Source: an uncultured virus (IMG/VR IMGVR_UViG_3300042939_000937) (Duplodnaviria; Heunggongvirae; Uroviricota; Caudoviricetes). From it: a stretch of DNA of 64,000 nucleotides. Below are positions 7,101 through 15,954 of this stretch, piece by piece. Both the position numbers and the translations under genes were made by a program. The notes beneath the pieces were generated by a model. It made no database searches, was not told where the DNA came from, and was given only the letters and a program-made list of their open reading frames with translations. Position 1 is the first letter of the stretch. Every line of letters starts with the position of its first letter. The stretch lies in the IMG/VR virus record IMGVR_UViG_3300042939_000937, one strand, 5' to 3'.

Positions 7101-9056
7101 CTAATACTCGACCACATCGAAGAAATGGATCTTCACTGTGTTGTTGCCATAGGTGTTCACATCTGCTGGTGTGTAGCCAACGACCTTATAGCGAGCGCCA
7201 CCAGGCGTCAGTATTTCATTTTCGTGCCCGTGGCTCGAAAGTGCTTTAACGCTTGATCCCAATTTATTGAGAGTGCGGAACATGACTCGATTATTCGCCA
7301 TGCCTTTCGGACTTGTGAACGTTTTCGCAGTGTCATTGTTCGTGCTCCAGGAGTTCATAGCAGCTTCTTGAAAGGTGCCCCCGGTTTTCGCCAGGTTTTT
7401 TAAGTTATCCAGGAGATCTGCGGTTGCCGGTACACCTCGGAATTTGGGGACAGCGGGCCGATTGTTTACTGCCGTCAGAAATTCTTGAATTAGCTCTCCT
7501 TTCCTTCTATACTTTGCGATTTCCTTCTTGAGTTTATCGGCACTCATGATTTTTTCGTCTCCCCTCTCAGGTGGCCGACCTCGATAGGAGTTTCTTATCT
7601 TGGTATAGTCGTTGCCCGTAAAATTCTCCACCGCCAACAGCATTCTCTTGAGTTTGTTTTGCCCGAATTGTTTGACCAAACTTTGCACGGAAGACGGTAA
7701 TTTCTGGAGCTGGTCCTCAGATAGATGGCTGTATTTATCGTTAACTTTAACTCTGTCAAATATCTTTGCAAGTCCTTGTGTATATTTGTTGTCTTGCGCC
7801 CCTCTCAGAAGACGAAGAATCCTTGCCTCTTCTCCCTTACCTTGCTTTAAGAGTGTGCCTGGGCTTACAAAGGTTTCGGCAATGTGTTTATAATTATCGT
7901 ACCAATCCGTCGTAATCGGCTCAAAGGCTTTTTTCCATACGATCTGCTGATTTATTGAGAGACCCTGTGGATTGCTCGGAGAGTTAGGCTGCGGCTTGTT
8001 CCCTTCAGCACTTTTCACAAGGGGGGTTGGCTTATTCCCGGGACTGGGGGCGAATCCTGCAGCTTTGTTAAAGTCCTTAATGAAAGCTGGCATATCTTTG
8101 CTCTCGATCGCCATATTAAAGTTATTCTTCTTGATCCAGTCCCTGAAGAAGGTCTCTGCTTCTTCCTTTGTGAGCCCGAGTTTTTTGGCATCCTCGTAGA
8201 ATTTGTAGAAATTGCCAGAGTCATATTTATTCTCGTCGAGAGGTTTAGATCCGGCCTTAACCGGTAGTTTGGCAGGTGTTGCCCCTTGAGTGGTGGCAGC
8301 AGGTTGCGGTGCCGGTTTCGCCGCAGGAGTCACCGTCGCCGCACCAGGGGCCACTTTCGGTGCTTGCGCCTTCAGCTCGGATATCGCTTGCTTAATGTTC
8401 GCAATCGCTTTTTTGCCGTCCGTTGTTTGTGCCGCAGGACCTCCTTCTGCAAGGGGCAACGCCTTTTCCAGGAACGGTAATCCGAACGATTTGTATTTAT
8501 CGACTGTCTCAACTTTGACTACGGGTTTTGGTTTTGCAGCAGGCTGCGGTGCGGGTGCAGGGGGAGCTTTCGCCGCTGCGGCCTGTCCAGCTTCGGCTTT
8601 CAGCTGCTTCAGGGCCTCGGTCATATTGCCGACTGCCTTCTTCCCTGCCGCACTGTTCGGGTTAAACTTTGGTGAATTCTGGAGATTTTGTATGCCTTCT
8701 TCCAGCATTGCCACCCCCCACTTCTTGTAGGTCTCCACCGTGGGGATCTTATCAAGTGCCGTCTTCTTCGGGGTAGTGGCCGCAGGCTGCGGTGCGGGGG
8801 TGGCTGCAGGGGCAGCAGCCGGAGCGGGAGCGTTTTTCTTAGCCGCCTGGATCTGCGCCTTCGCTTTCGTCAACGCCGAACCCACCCAAGGTAAGTCCAC
8901 AAGGCATATCATGTTCGCAGCGATACAAGCTGCAGAGCAGTTTTTCCCCTTGGTGCATCGTTTGCGCTTGCCTCCTACCGCATTCCGCTTTGCTGCAGCA
9001 ATGCGACTTTCTTTGGGGTATAGCCCCAGCGCAAAATCAAGGACGTCCAGAGCCAT
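7101..9056 (-). CDS. Leader + Pro/Ala linker + C-terminal ADP-ribosyltransferase (R-S-E class)
   Basis: Shared 4-Cys leader; FRG...NSWST...HENEIL catalytic motifs. Confidence 0.85.
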   Translation of the reverse strand: MALDVLDFALGLYPKESRIAAAKRNAVGGKRKRCTKGKNCSAACIAANMICLVDLPWVGSALTKAKAQIQAAKKNAPAPAAAPAATPAPQPAATTPKKTALDKIPTVETYKKWGVAMLEEGIQNLQNSPKFNPNSAAGKKAVGNMTEALKQLKAEAGQAAAAKAPPAPAPQPAAKPKPVVKVETVDKYKSFGLPFLEKALPLAEGGPAAQTTDGKKAIANIKQAISELKAQAPKVAPGAATVTPAAKPAPQPAATTQGATPAKLPVKAGSKPLDENKYDSGNFYKFYEDAKKLGLTKEEAETFFRDWIKKNNFNMAIESKDMPAFIKDFNKAAGFAPSPGNKPTPLVKSAEGNKPQPNSPSNPQGLSINQQIVWKKAFEPITTDWYDNYKHIAETFVSPGTLLKQGKGEEARILRLLRGAQDNKYTQGLAKIFDRVKVNDKYSHLSEDQLQKLPSSVQSLVKQFGQNKLKRMLLAVENFTGNDYTKIRNSYRGRPPERGDEKIMSADKLKKEIAKYRRKGELIQEFLTAVNNRPAVPKFRGVPATADLLDNLKNLAKTGGTFQEAAMNSWSTNNDTAKTFTSPKGMANNRVMFRTLNKLGSSVKALSSHGHENEILTPGGARYKVVGYTPADVNTYGNNTVKIHFFDVVEY

Positions 9057-9064
9057 GCAACATA

Positions 9065-9220
9065 CTAAAAAGGAGCGTTAGGGTCTACCCCTATAAAGAT
9101 GATATCATCTGTGCTATCGCACCTTGCTTCGAAATCTTTCAGAGTCCGGCCGGACCGCTTGAAGTCTTCGGAATCTTTCCGATCTACAATTTCTTCTTGT
9201 TGCTTCTCTTTCTGTTTCAT
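9065..9220 (-). CDS. 51-aa ORF MKQKEKQQEEIVDRKD...GVDPNAPF
   Basis: Manually translated; first 9 codons shared with 12186-12335; promoter at 9273-9299. Confidence 0.6.
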   Translation of the reverse strand: MKQKEKQQEEIVDRKDSEDFKRSGRTLKDFEARCDSTDDIIFIGVDPNAPF

Positions 9221-9300
9221 GTTTATACCTGAAAGCCAGTGGTAGTAAAGAGCATCTTCGTGCTCTATTATAAGTATACCCGTTCTCTTGGAGTGTAAAC

Positions 9301-10755
9301 TTAGTACTCAACCATGTCAAAAACGTGATAGGTGCCCCCGTATTTTCCTTCTACTGTGTGGTAATCATATAGCCTGTAGTTGGTGTTGGCAGGAGTTAAA
9401 ATTTCGTTTTCTGCTGAATGGAGGCTGATTGGCCTAATAGAGGATCCCTTTTTATTTAAGGTTCGATATATGACTTGATTTGTACCATACCCATTATCTA
9501 CCCCCATGTCCGCAAAGTTTTCGGCCACTCTGGACGTTGTGCTCCACGAGTTCAGGGCGTCCTGCCTCATGGTTCCTTTGTTCTTAGCTAAGGACTTAAG
9601 TAGATTTAGTTGATCGTCACTCACAGCCACTCCTCTCGTTTTCGGAACCTGAGGTTTTGGCATAAAACTTAAGACCGCCTCGATTTCATCTGCCCTCTTT
9701 TTCCACTTCGCGATTTCTTTCTTTTTATCAGCACTCGGTAACCATTCGAAGTCTTTTGTGACCCTGTTTCGTTGAGCATTCCGAATAGCTTCATAATCCG
9801 AGTCTGAGAACTTCCGGATGTTTTTTATTCCGTTAACAACATCCTTCAAACCAAGTTTTTTTATAGCTTTCCTTACAGCAGAAACATTCGGAAGATCCGG
9901 TTCATCTCCGCTAGAGTATTCAAGCACTTTCTGCCAAGGGTTCGAAGCATCATGGGCAGCCTTCATAAGTGCATATTGTTTATGCTGCAATGTTCCCGGA
10001 GGAAAGAGGTTACCAGTGTATGGGATAATCGCTCCGACTTTATCTTCTATTCCAAAAGTGTCAGGTGTGTAAGGTTTAAACGCAGAGTTCCAAATCTGAT
10101 ATTGACCTTCGCTGAGCCCTTGCCGATTTTTTGGGGAACCCGGTGTGGCATACGGGACTTTGGAAATAGTAGGCTTCTGGTATCCCCTTGCATCTAGCTC
10201 TTGTTGAATTTGTTCAATCGCTCCCTTATATTTGACTGGGTCATTTGAGATAAAATCATTCTGGAACTTCACTAGTTTATCAGTGTCCCAGTTTGTGTAC
10301 ACGGAGGTAGCTTTTGCTGGCGCTGTCGCTGGCGGCGTTTTTGCGGCGGGAGTTGCCGCCGGTGCCGGTTTCGGTGCGGGAGTGGCTGCCGGTTTCGGTG
10401 CGGGAGTGGCAGGAGTGGCCGCAGGGGCAGCAGCCGCTGTTGGTTTCGGTGCAGGAGTGGCAGGAGTGGCCGCAGGGGCAGCAGCCGCTGTTGGTTTCGG
10501 TGCAGGAGTGGTAGCAGCGGGGGCCTTTTTCTTAGCCGCCTGAATCTGCGCCTTCGCTTTCGTCAACGCCGAACCTACCCAAGGTAAATCCACCAGGCAT
10601 ATCATGTGCGCAGCGATGCAAGCAGCCGAACAGTTCTTGCCCTTAGTACACCGTTTGCGCTTGCCTCCTACTGCATTCCGTTTTGCTGCGGCAATGCGAC
10701 TTTCTTTTGGATACAATCCTTTCGCAAAATCAAAAACAGCAGGACGCGTAACCAT
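9301..10755 (-). CDS. Leader + Pro/Ala linker + C-terminal ADP-ribosyltransferase (R-S-E class)
   Basis: Shared 4-Cys leader; TRG...NSWST...AENEIL motifs. Confidence 0.85.
   Translation of the reverse strand: MVTRPAVFDFAKGLYPKESRIAAAKRNAVGGKRKRCTKGKNCSAACIAAHMICLVDLPWVGSALTKAKAQIQAAKKKAPAATTPAPKPTAAAAPAATPATPAPKPTAAAAPAATPATPAPKPAATPAPKPAPAATPAAKTPPATAPAKATSVYTNWDTDKLVKFQNDFISNDPVKYKGAIEQIQQELDARGYQKPTISKVPYATPGSPKNRQGLSEGQYQIWNSAFKPYTPDTFGIEDKVGAIIPYTGNLFPPGTLQHKQYALMKAAHDASNPWQKVLEYSSGDEPDLPNVSAVRKAIKKLGLKDVVNGIKNIRKFSDSDYEAIRNAQRNRVTKDFEWLPSADKKKEIAKWKKRADEIEAVLSFMPKPQVPKTRGVAVSDDQLNLLKSLAKNKGTMRQDALNSWSTTSRVAENFADMGVDNGYGTNQVIYRTLNKKGSSIRPISLHSAENEILTPANTNYRLYDYHTVEGKYGGTYHVFDMVEY
10403..10504. 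repeat. 51-bp tandem duplication in the Pro/Ala linker
   Basis: Exact copies starting at 10403 and 10454, encoding a 17-aa unit. Confidence 0.85.
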
Positions 10756-10913
10756 CACATGTACGCTCCACCGAGAACGGCATCCTCGGACACTTTGCCG
10801 CTTTGACGTAGCTTCATCGCGGCTCTCAGGTATTTGTTAGCTTCTTCGTCTTCCGTGAGCCTCATTTCCTTGTACTTCGACATTAAAATCAGATACTTGT
10901 TGTCATCAGTCAT
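10755..10913 (-). CDS. 52-aa ORF MTDDNKYLILMSKYKEMR...VLGGAYM
   Basis: Starts 2 nt after the kinase stop; its stop overlaps the next start. Confidence 0.7.
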   Translation of the reverse strand: MTDDNKYLILMSKYKEMRLTEDEEANKYLRAAMKLRQSGKVSEDAVLGGAYM

Positions 10914-10914
10914 T

Positions 10915-12177
10915 TTAAGATCCCTCATAGAGAATGTTTGTGAGCTTTAGAGCATCGGCATCAGTCATTTTCGACCACGGGCCTTTTTCGTACGTGTCGA
11001 GTTTATTCTTGATTCCGGTGATGGCGACTGTTTTAATCTCGTCATCGCTATACCCCATTTTTTTCATCTCTGAGAATACTTTGGGGAGATTCTGAGAGTA
11101 AATTCGATGGAGATAAGGAGCTTCTTGAAGCAGTTTCGCGCCCGCTTTTGAATTCAACCCCATGTTCTCAGCATCCTGCAACCTGAACCCTGCAGTTCCA
11201 TTCCACTGCCTCACCTGCCAGTCCCCTTTTTGTTTACCTACCCCGGGAATGGCCGTTCCTGCAGACGGTGCCTTGAACGCTCCAAGAGCTTCGGATAGAG
11301 CAGCTTTCGGGGAATCCTGCGCAAACCCCAGGTCAATAACTGTTCCCTTCCCTTTATTGTCTACGAGAACATTATCCGAGTGCATATCATTGTGCGCGAT
11401 TCCCGTTTTGTGCAGCGCAGCTCTCGCTTTCCAGAAAGAATCGGCAGCGGTCACCCCATTTAAAGTTTGGCCAGCAACTTGCTCCGCTGGTTTTCCTTCG
11501 ACTTTAGTCATCGCAATTCTACCATCGTGCATCTGAACCGGAGCGCTGGTTTTGATGCCATTTTTCGGCCCAATTTCCGCTGCGATGAGTTTGGCAGAGA
11601 CTCCGGCATCCCCTGCTTTCTTAATGATGGCTGCTTCAGTGTCTGAGATAATACCTCGCTTCACCACGGTGCCATCTGGGTTCATAAGTACTGTACCAAA
11701 CGCTCCTTGGCCTAGTTTCTTTGTTTGAGGGTCATAGGAGTCACCCCACTTATTGAAATTGACATCACCCTCTTTACGAGCTGACGTACTGTCGAAATTC
11801 TTGTCGAACCCGTAGGCACTCTGAACATAGTAAGGAGAATTTGCGGCGGGTTTTACGTTCGGTGCCGGTTTAGGTTGAGTGGGTGCAGGAGCCGGAGCTG
11901 AGGTTGGCACCGGAGCCGGTGCAACCTTCGGTTGCGCGGCGGGAGTCGACACGCTTTGACCTGCCTTCTTCTTCTGGACCACCTGAGCAACTTTGGTCAA
12001 AGACGGCCCTGCCCAAGGTAAATCCACAAGGCAGACCATATTCGCTGCGATACACGCTGCTGAACAGTTCTTGCCCTTAGTACACCGTTTGCGCTTGCCT
12101 CCTACCGCATTCCGTTTTGCTGCGGCAATGCGACTTTCTTTGGGGTATAGGCCCATGGCAAAGTCGAGGATGCTCAT
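10915..12177 (-). CDS. Leader + linker + C-terminal protein kinase-like domain
   Basis: Shared 4-Cys leader; LGQGAFGTV, VVK, HNDMHSDN, IDLG. Confidence 0.87.
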   Translation of the reverse strand: MSILDFAMGLYPKESRIAAAKRNAVGGKRKRCTKGKNCSAACIAANMVCLVDLPWAGPSLTKVAQVVQKKKAGQSVSTPAAQPKVAPAPVPTSAPAPAPTQPKPAPNVKPAANSPYYVQSAYGFDKNFDSTSARKEGDVNFNKWGDSYDPQTKKLGQGAFGTVLMNPDGTVVKRGIISDTEAAIIKKAGDAGVSAKLIAAEIGPKNGIKTSAPVQMHDGRIAMTKVEGKPAEQVAGQTLNGVTAADSFWKARAALHKTGIAHNDMHSDNVLVDNKGKGTVIDLGFAQDSPKAALSEALGAFKAPSAGTAIPGVGKQKGDWQVRQWNGTAGFRLQDAENMGLNSKAGAKLLQEAPYLHRIYSQNLPKVFSEMKKMGYSDDEIKTVAITGIKNKLDTYEKGPWSKMTDADALKLTNILYEGS

Positions 12178-12185
12178 GGCTTTCT

Positions 12186-12335
12186 TTAATCGAAAAAGAT
12201 GGGTGCGTTTTCAGGAGTGTAATCTAAGAAGGTTACAAAATCGTTAGAACCCCTGATACCCCTTTCTTCGGGTTTCCTTTCTTGGCGTTCTCTCTCTTCC
12301 TCTGTTTTTTCTTGTTGCTTCTCTTTCTGTTTCAT
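12186..12335 (-). CDS. 49-aa ORF MKQKEKQQEKTEEE...PENAPIFFD
   Basis: Manually translated; paralog of 9065-9220. Confidence 0.6.
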   Translation of the reverse strand: MKQKEKQQEKTEEERERQERKPEERGIRGSNDFVTFLDYTPENAPIFFD

Positions 12336-12348
12336 GACGGTTACCAAA

Positions 12349-12663
12349 TCACTTTGTTTTCATTTTTGAAAGCAGCCCTTCGGCCTTTTCCATTTCTTCC
12401 GGAGTCAGCTCTCGCCCAGTCTTTTTTCGAAACGCCACTCTCAGCTTGGCCAGACGAGAACCTTCGTCTTTCAACTTTGACTTCGCTGCGGCATCAGAAA
12501 TTTGCTTGCCCTCCTGGCAAACTTCCCCAGGGCTAATTCCGTAGATTTCTCCATTCTTTTTAATGCAACGGGCAAAGTCATACACCGGACTCTCTCCAAA
12601 GTTTACACCCTCGGAGCACATTTGGTTGAATTTCTCAAGGGAATCGTCGGTGAAGTGTCCCAT
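12349..12663 (-). CDS. Hypothetical protein, possibly virion-internal
   Basis: GGGTAAAA upstream; YDFARC..G..YG...C motif. Confidence 0.7.
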   Translation of the reverse strand: MGHFTDDSLEKFNQMCSEGVNFGESPVYDFARCIKKNGEIYGISPGEVCQEGKQISDAAAKSKLKDEGSRLAKLRVAFRKKTGRELTPEEMEKAEGLLSKMKTK

Positions 12664-12669
12664 TGTTCG

Positions 12670-12876
12670 CTAATCTTCTTGAATGTTTTTACCCTCTTGT
12701 TCCGAAATCCAATCTTTGAGGTCTCGCAGATAGCGGCGGAGTTTGTTCGCTTGGTCGAAGTGCCAGGGGTCGCCAGTCTGTAGATGAAGCCTCGTATGAT
12801 TGTCAATCGCTTTCAGAATCTGATGGATTGGCGTGTTCCAGCACTCTCGCACAGGATTGTTCCACTCGCGTGGCAT
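12670..12876 (-). CDS. Hypothetical protein (MPREWNNP...)
   Basis: ORF with GGGTAAAA upstream. Confidence 0.7.
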   Translation of the reverse strand: MPREWNNPVRECWNTPIHQILKAIDNHTRLHLQTGDPWHFDQANKLRRYLRDLKDWISEQEGKNIQED

Positions 12877-12914
12877 TTTATTCCTTTTGCCGTAGCTGTA
12901 GGGGTTTTACCCCC

Positions 12915-13412
12915 TTACTTGTGGGTTTGCAAATGACGACCCATTCCCGGGCGAGAACTTTCTTTTTTACATATGAGACAGCAGCATCTAACCGAGTTGT
13001 TCGCCAGAGTTACCGCTCTCATCAAGGGAGACTTATTATGCAGAATGTTATTCTTTTTGTTGCGTTCAATGGCGCGTTGTTTGTTTTTCTCTCTTCCCTC
13101 GGCGGTTTGAAAGTTGTGTGTCCCGTTCTCTGAGAACGTCTTTTTCTTTTTCCGTTTAACTTCTAGGCGTTTGCTAATGTTCTCCCTGCTGTGTTTTTCC
13201 AGCACCGCCTGTCTGAGATCGGATGGCAGAAGGGGCCAAGCCGACATTCTGCAATCAAACACCGGAGCATTGTCGAACAGAACATAGTCGATGGCGTGTT
13301 TTTCTGCATGCTCGTACTCTGTCAGGCACTCCAGATTCCACTCTTCATCTGCTCCCCCTCGAGACCGAGCGATGTTGTGGTGTACCTCTATTTTGTTGCC
13401 ACGATTACCCAT
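12915..13412 (-). CDS. HNH endonuclease with C-terminal CxxC...HxxxH finger
   Basis: EVHHNIARSRGGADEEWNL...EHAEKH. Confidence 0.8.
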   Translation of the reverse strand: MGNRGNKIEVHHNIARSRGGADEEWNLECLTEYEHAEKHAIDYVLFDNAPVFDCRMSAWPLLPSDLRQAVLEKHSRENISKRLEVKRKKKKTFSENGTHNFQTAEGREKNKQRAIERNKKNNILHNKSPLMRAVTLANNSVRCCCLICKKESSRPGMGRHLQTHK

Positions 13413-14116
13413 CCGCTTCCGTCTCCTTCCACTGTCCATCTTTGCGATAACATTTGTCTGCTGTATTTGAGTTTAGCCCCATTGGTTGATGTGTAAACTC
13501 CGGTGGCATTACTTAGTTCACCAAACGGGTCATTCACCACATACCACGAACCGCCGGGAGCCTTCGCATCCATCTCTTTACCAATCACAATAAGCCAATG
13601 ACCGCCCCCGCTCGGAGCCGTACTCGGCCCTTTATGAAGAATGCCAATCGGAACAGGAATCCCTTGGGCGAGGAGTGCGTCGAGAGTGGAGAAAGACATG
13701 TTTGTGGCGAAGCGGGAATTAACACCAAAGTGTTTAAGTGTCTGCACCTGAACCACCGCGTCGGTGGTGTCGCCACGCTTGAATACTTCTCGAATGTAGT
13801 CATCGTCGCCTTTGATTGAGGCGGGTTTGAGAAACTTGCACAACATCGCACAGCTGCTGCTGAAGCAAGTGCGGGCTGCACCTCGATAGTTGTCTCGTTG
13901 AGAATAGTAGGGGACGTTGAGAACCGAAGGCACTCCGGGACTATTCGTAGGTTGAGCCCTGTAAATCTGCACCCAGTTTGCGTCATCGCTTAGCAGCTCT
14001 GGTTTGAGCGCCAGAATCTCCCGATACAGATCATCGTAAGCAGCGCGATGTTTCGGGTTCGCTGCATCGGCAAACAACGCAAAATCAAAAAACTTTTTCT
14101 GATCGAACCGGGCCAT
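13388..14116 (-). CDS. Peptidase C39-like protein with N-terminal extension
   Basis: LNVPYYSQRDN, CFSSSCAM, GGHW, VVNDP. Confidence 0.85.
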   Translation of the reverse strand: MARFDQKKFFDFALFADAANPKHRAAYDDLYREILALKPELLSDDANWVQIYRAQPTNSPGVPSVLNVPYYSQRDNYRGAARTCFSSSCAMLCKFLKPASIKGDDDYIREVFKRGDTTDAVVQVQTLKHFGVNSRFATNMSFSTLDALLAQGIPVPIGILHKGPSTAPSGGGHWLIVIGKEMDAKAPGGSWYVVNDPFGELSNATGVYTSTNGAKLKYSRQMLSQRWTVEGDGSGWVIVATK

Positions 14117-14133
14117 GGTACTATACGGTAAAG

Positions 14134-14156
14134 AAAAAGAGGAGCCTTCGCCCCTC
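14134..14156 (-). terminator. Intrinsic terminator
   Basis: GAGGGGC-GAAG-GCTCCTC-TTTTT. Confidence 0.7.
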
Positions 14157-14466
14157 AGTAGTATGATGAAAACATCACATTCCAGACGTAGAGGCAGGCT
14201 TTGTGGTATTTATCGTCTTCGATTGAGTCTTTGAAGTTTGTGTAGTTTAGCTCGCTCACCTGGGACTGCACAAGAGAGGAAACCTCGGAACGTGAAACCC
14301 ACGCTCTCCACTTGTAGTCGCTTGGGGTCTTAGAAAAGACTGTGGCGTCAGGGAAAAGGTTGGTCAGATGGTTGCGATCTCGAGCGCGAACCAGAAGGTC
14401 TCCATTTTCCGGATTATCCTTGTCGGCAACTACAGAAATGAATCCCTTCGATGTAAATAGCCACAT
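14155..14466 (-). CDS. Hypothetical phage protein
   Basis: MWLFTSKGFISVV...LLVRAR...DYKWRA...YTNFKD. Confidence 0.7.
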   Translation of the reverse strand: MWLFTSKGFISVVADKDNPENGDLLVRARDRNHLTNLFPDATVFSKTPSDYKWRAWVSRSEVSSLVQSQVSELNYTNFKDSIEDDKYHKACLYVWNVMFSSYY

Positions 14467-14472
14467 TGTTGT

Positions 14473-14697
14473 TTACTTTTTAAAGAACGGTAGTTTCATG
14501 AGCAAGTCGTAAAGAGGTTGGATTTTTTTGAGGCCCTCTTCAATTCTCTGCATTGTCAGAATGAGCAAGTCGATCTTTTTCTCGAGTCGGTCAACTCGTT
14601 GAGTGATCGGTTCGAGACCCTGCTCAATTTCCTGCTTGAGGTAAGCACCGGGATCTCCAGATTGCACAATTCCGTTTACGATGTTGTTAAGTTTCAT
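14473..14697 (-). CDS. Coiled-coil hypothetical protein
   Basis: ATGA-coupled to the Hsp20 gene. Confidence 0.65.
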   Translation of the reverse strand: MKLNNIVNGIVQSGDPGAYLKQEIEQGLEPITQRVDRLEKKIDLLILTMQRIEEGLKKIQPLYDLLMKLPFFKK

Positions 14698-15104
14698 TCA
14701 ACCTCCTCACGAATTATACTCCCGCCCCTTTTCGGTAAACTCTTCTCGGGTGCTTTCTTAGCGACGTCGATCACATTGACTTTGATGTCTCGTGATACAG
14801 GTTCCGGGGGAAGGGGCACCTTGAGGGTGAGCATTCCCCACAGAATGTCTGCTTCGATTTTGGATACGTCGCTCAGAATATTGATCGGAATGTTCACCAC
14901 TCCTTTCGGGCAGGCCACCTCAATGATTGAGCCCTCGCAATGGATGCTGACTGTGGAAGGGTCAACTCCGGGGATCTCGATTTGGACCTCGGTGTGAGAA
15001 GAGGTTCTCTTCGAGTTGTGGACAAGACTCGGTAACTGGACTGCGTCACCTTGTCCTGCTTTGCTCTGAGAGAGAAGGATGTTTTTGGTAGTGGTGCTTG
15101 CCAT
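14694..15104 (-). CDS. Small heat-shock protein (Hsp20/alpha-crystallin-like)
   Basis: IEIPGV...IEADILWGMLTLKVP. Confidence 0.75.
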   Translation of the reverse strand: MASTTTKNILLSQSKAGQGDAVQLPSLVHNSKRTSSHTEVQIEIPGVDPSTVSIHCEGSIIEVACPKGVVNIPINILSDVSKIEADILWGMLTLKVPLPPEPVSRDIKVNVIDVAKKAPEKSLPKRGGSIIREEVE

Positions 15105-15146
15105 TTGGTGTGTGTGTGTTTGTTAATTTAGTAAGTTTTACCCGCG

Positions 15147-15425
15147 TTACGCAGTCGGTGTTGCTGGGGAGGATATTCCTTTGCAACGTCTCCGTGTTTC
15201 TGCGGCTTTCTTCGCCGCCTCACTGCGGACGGCGGACGACTGTTTACTACTTCCGCCTTGCTGGGAGCGGGCTTGGTCAGCTTGCATCTGCGCAGGTGTT
15301 CTGGGCTGCTTGGCAGCTTCGCGTTTTGCTTTTTGGTCGCACTGCCCCAAGAGCTCATTTTTCTGCCCTTCGGCAAACATTGCCTCTACTTGGGCAAGCG
15401 ATTCTCGTGAAAAACTGCCAGTCAT
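15147..15425 (-). CDS. Basic hypothetical protein
   Basis: ORF; N-terminus (MTGSFSRESL) resembles 12349-12663. Confidence 0.65.
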   Translation of the reverse strand: MTGSFSRESLAQVEAMFAEGQKNELLGQCDQKAKREAAKQPRTPAQMQADQARSQQGGSSKQSSAVRSEAAKKAAETRRRCKGISSPATPTA

Positions 15426-15429
15426 TTGC

Positions 15430-15954
15430 TCACCCCAGCATTCTCATACCTTGGACATCTTTGCTGCTCCCCCCTTGAGGGTTTGCTGGCCCTTTCTCTA
15501 GAGCAGGTCCCGACAGCATTTCAGAGTCGTTATTAACCTTGCGTTTGCCCATGTTTCCGGCAACTCCAGTTTTTGAGATTTTCAATTGCCCTCTTCCCTT
15601 CCCTTTCGAGATACCTGTGTGCAGATTTTTTGGATTTTCTGGACCAGGTCCTTTTCCATCCTCAAATTGTTTCTTCCAGTTGATTTCTTCGAAAGAGGGA
15701 GATGAGACAGAGTGCTTGCTCGATTTGACGAGAGACTCCCCAAACATCGTAACAACTTCGTTCGCAACTTCTTCAGAGTAACCCATACTCTGTAGAACCT
15801 CTGCGTACTTGCTCTGCCCGCAAGCAGACAGCGATATCGCTTTCGCTTGCTTCGGGTCGGTGACAACTTTGCCTGATTTGCCGGAGTGTAGTTTTCCTTT
15901 GTGGAACAACTCCATCTCACGACCTACGCAACCTTCCCCTTTGTTGACTGGCAT
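15430..15954 (-). CDS. Protein with N-terminal DUF6496-like motif
   Basis: GKLHSGKSGKVVTDPKQAKAISLS. Confidence 0.65.
   Translation of the reverse strand: MPVNKGEGCVGREMELFHKGKLHSGKSGKVVTDPKQAKAISLSACGQSKYAEVLQSMGYSEEVANEVVTMFGESLVKSSKHSVSSPSFEEINWKKQFEDGKGPGPENPKNLHTGISKGKGRGQLKISKTGVAGNMGKRKVNNDSEMLSGPALEKGPANPQGGSSKDVQGMRMLG

Noticed and set aside
8286..12247. Repeated plus-strand ORFs (..AAEQF.PLVHRLRLPPTAF..)
   Set aside because: Antisense shadows of the conserved effector leader and linker
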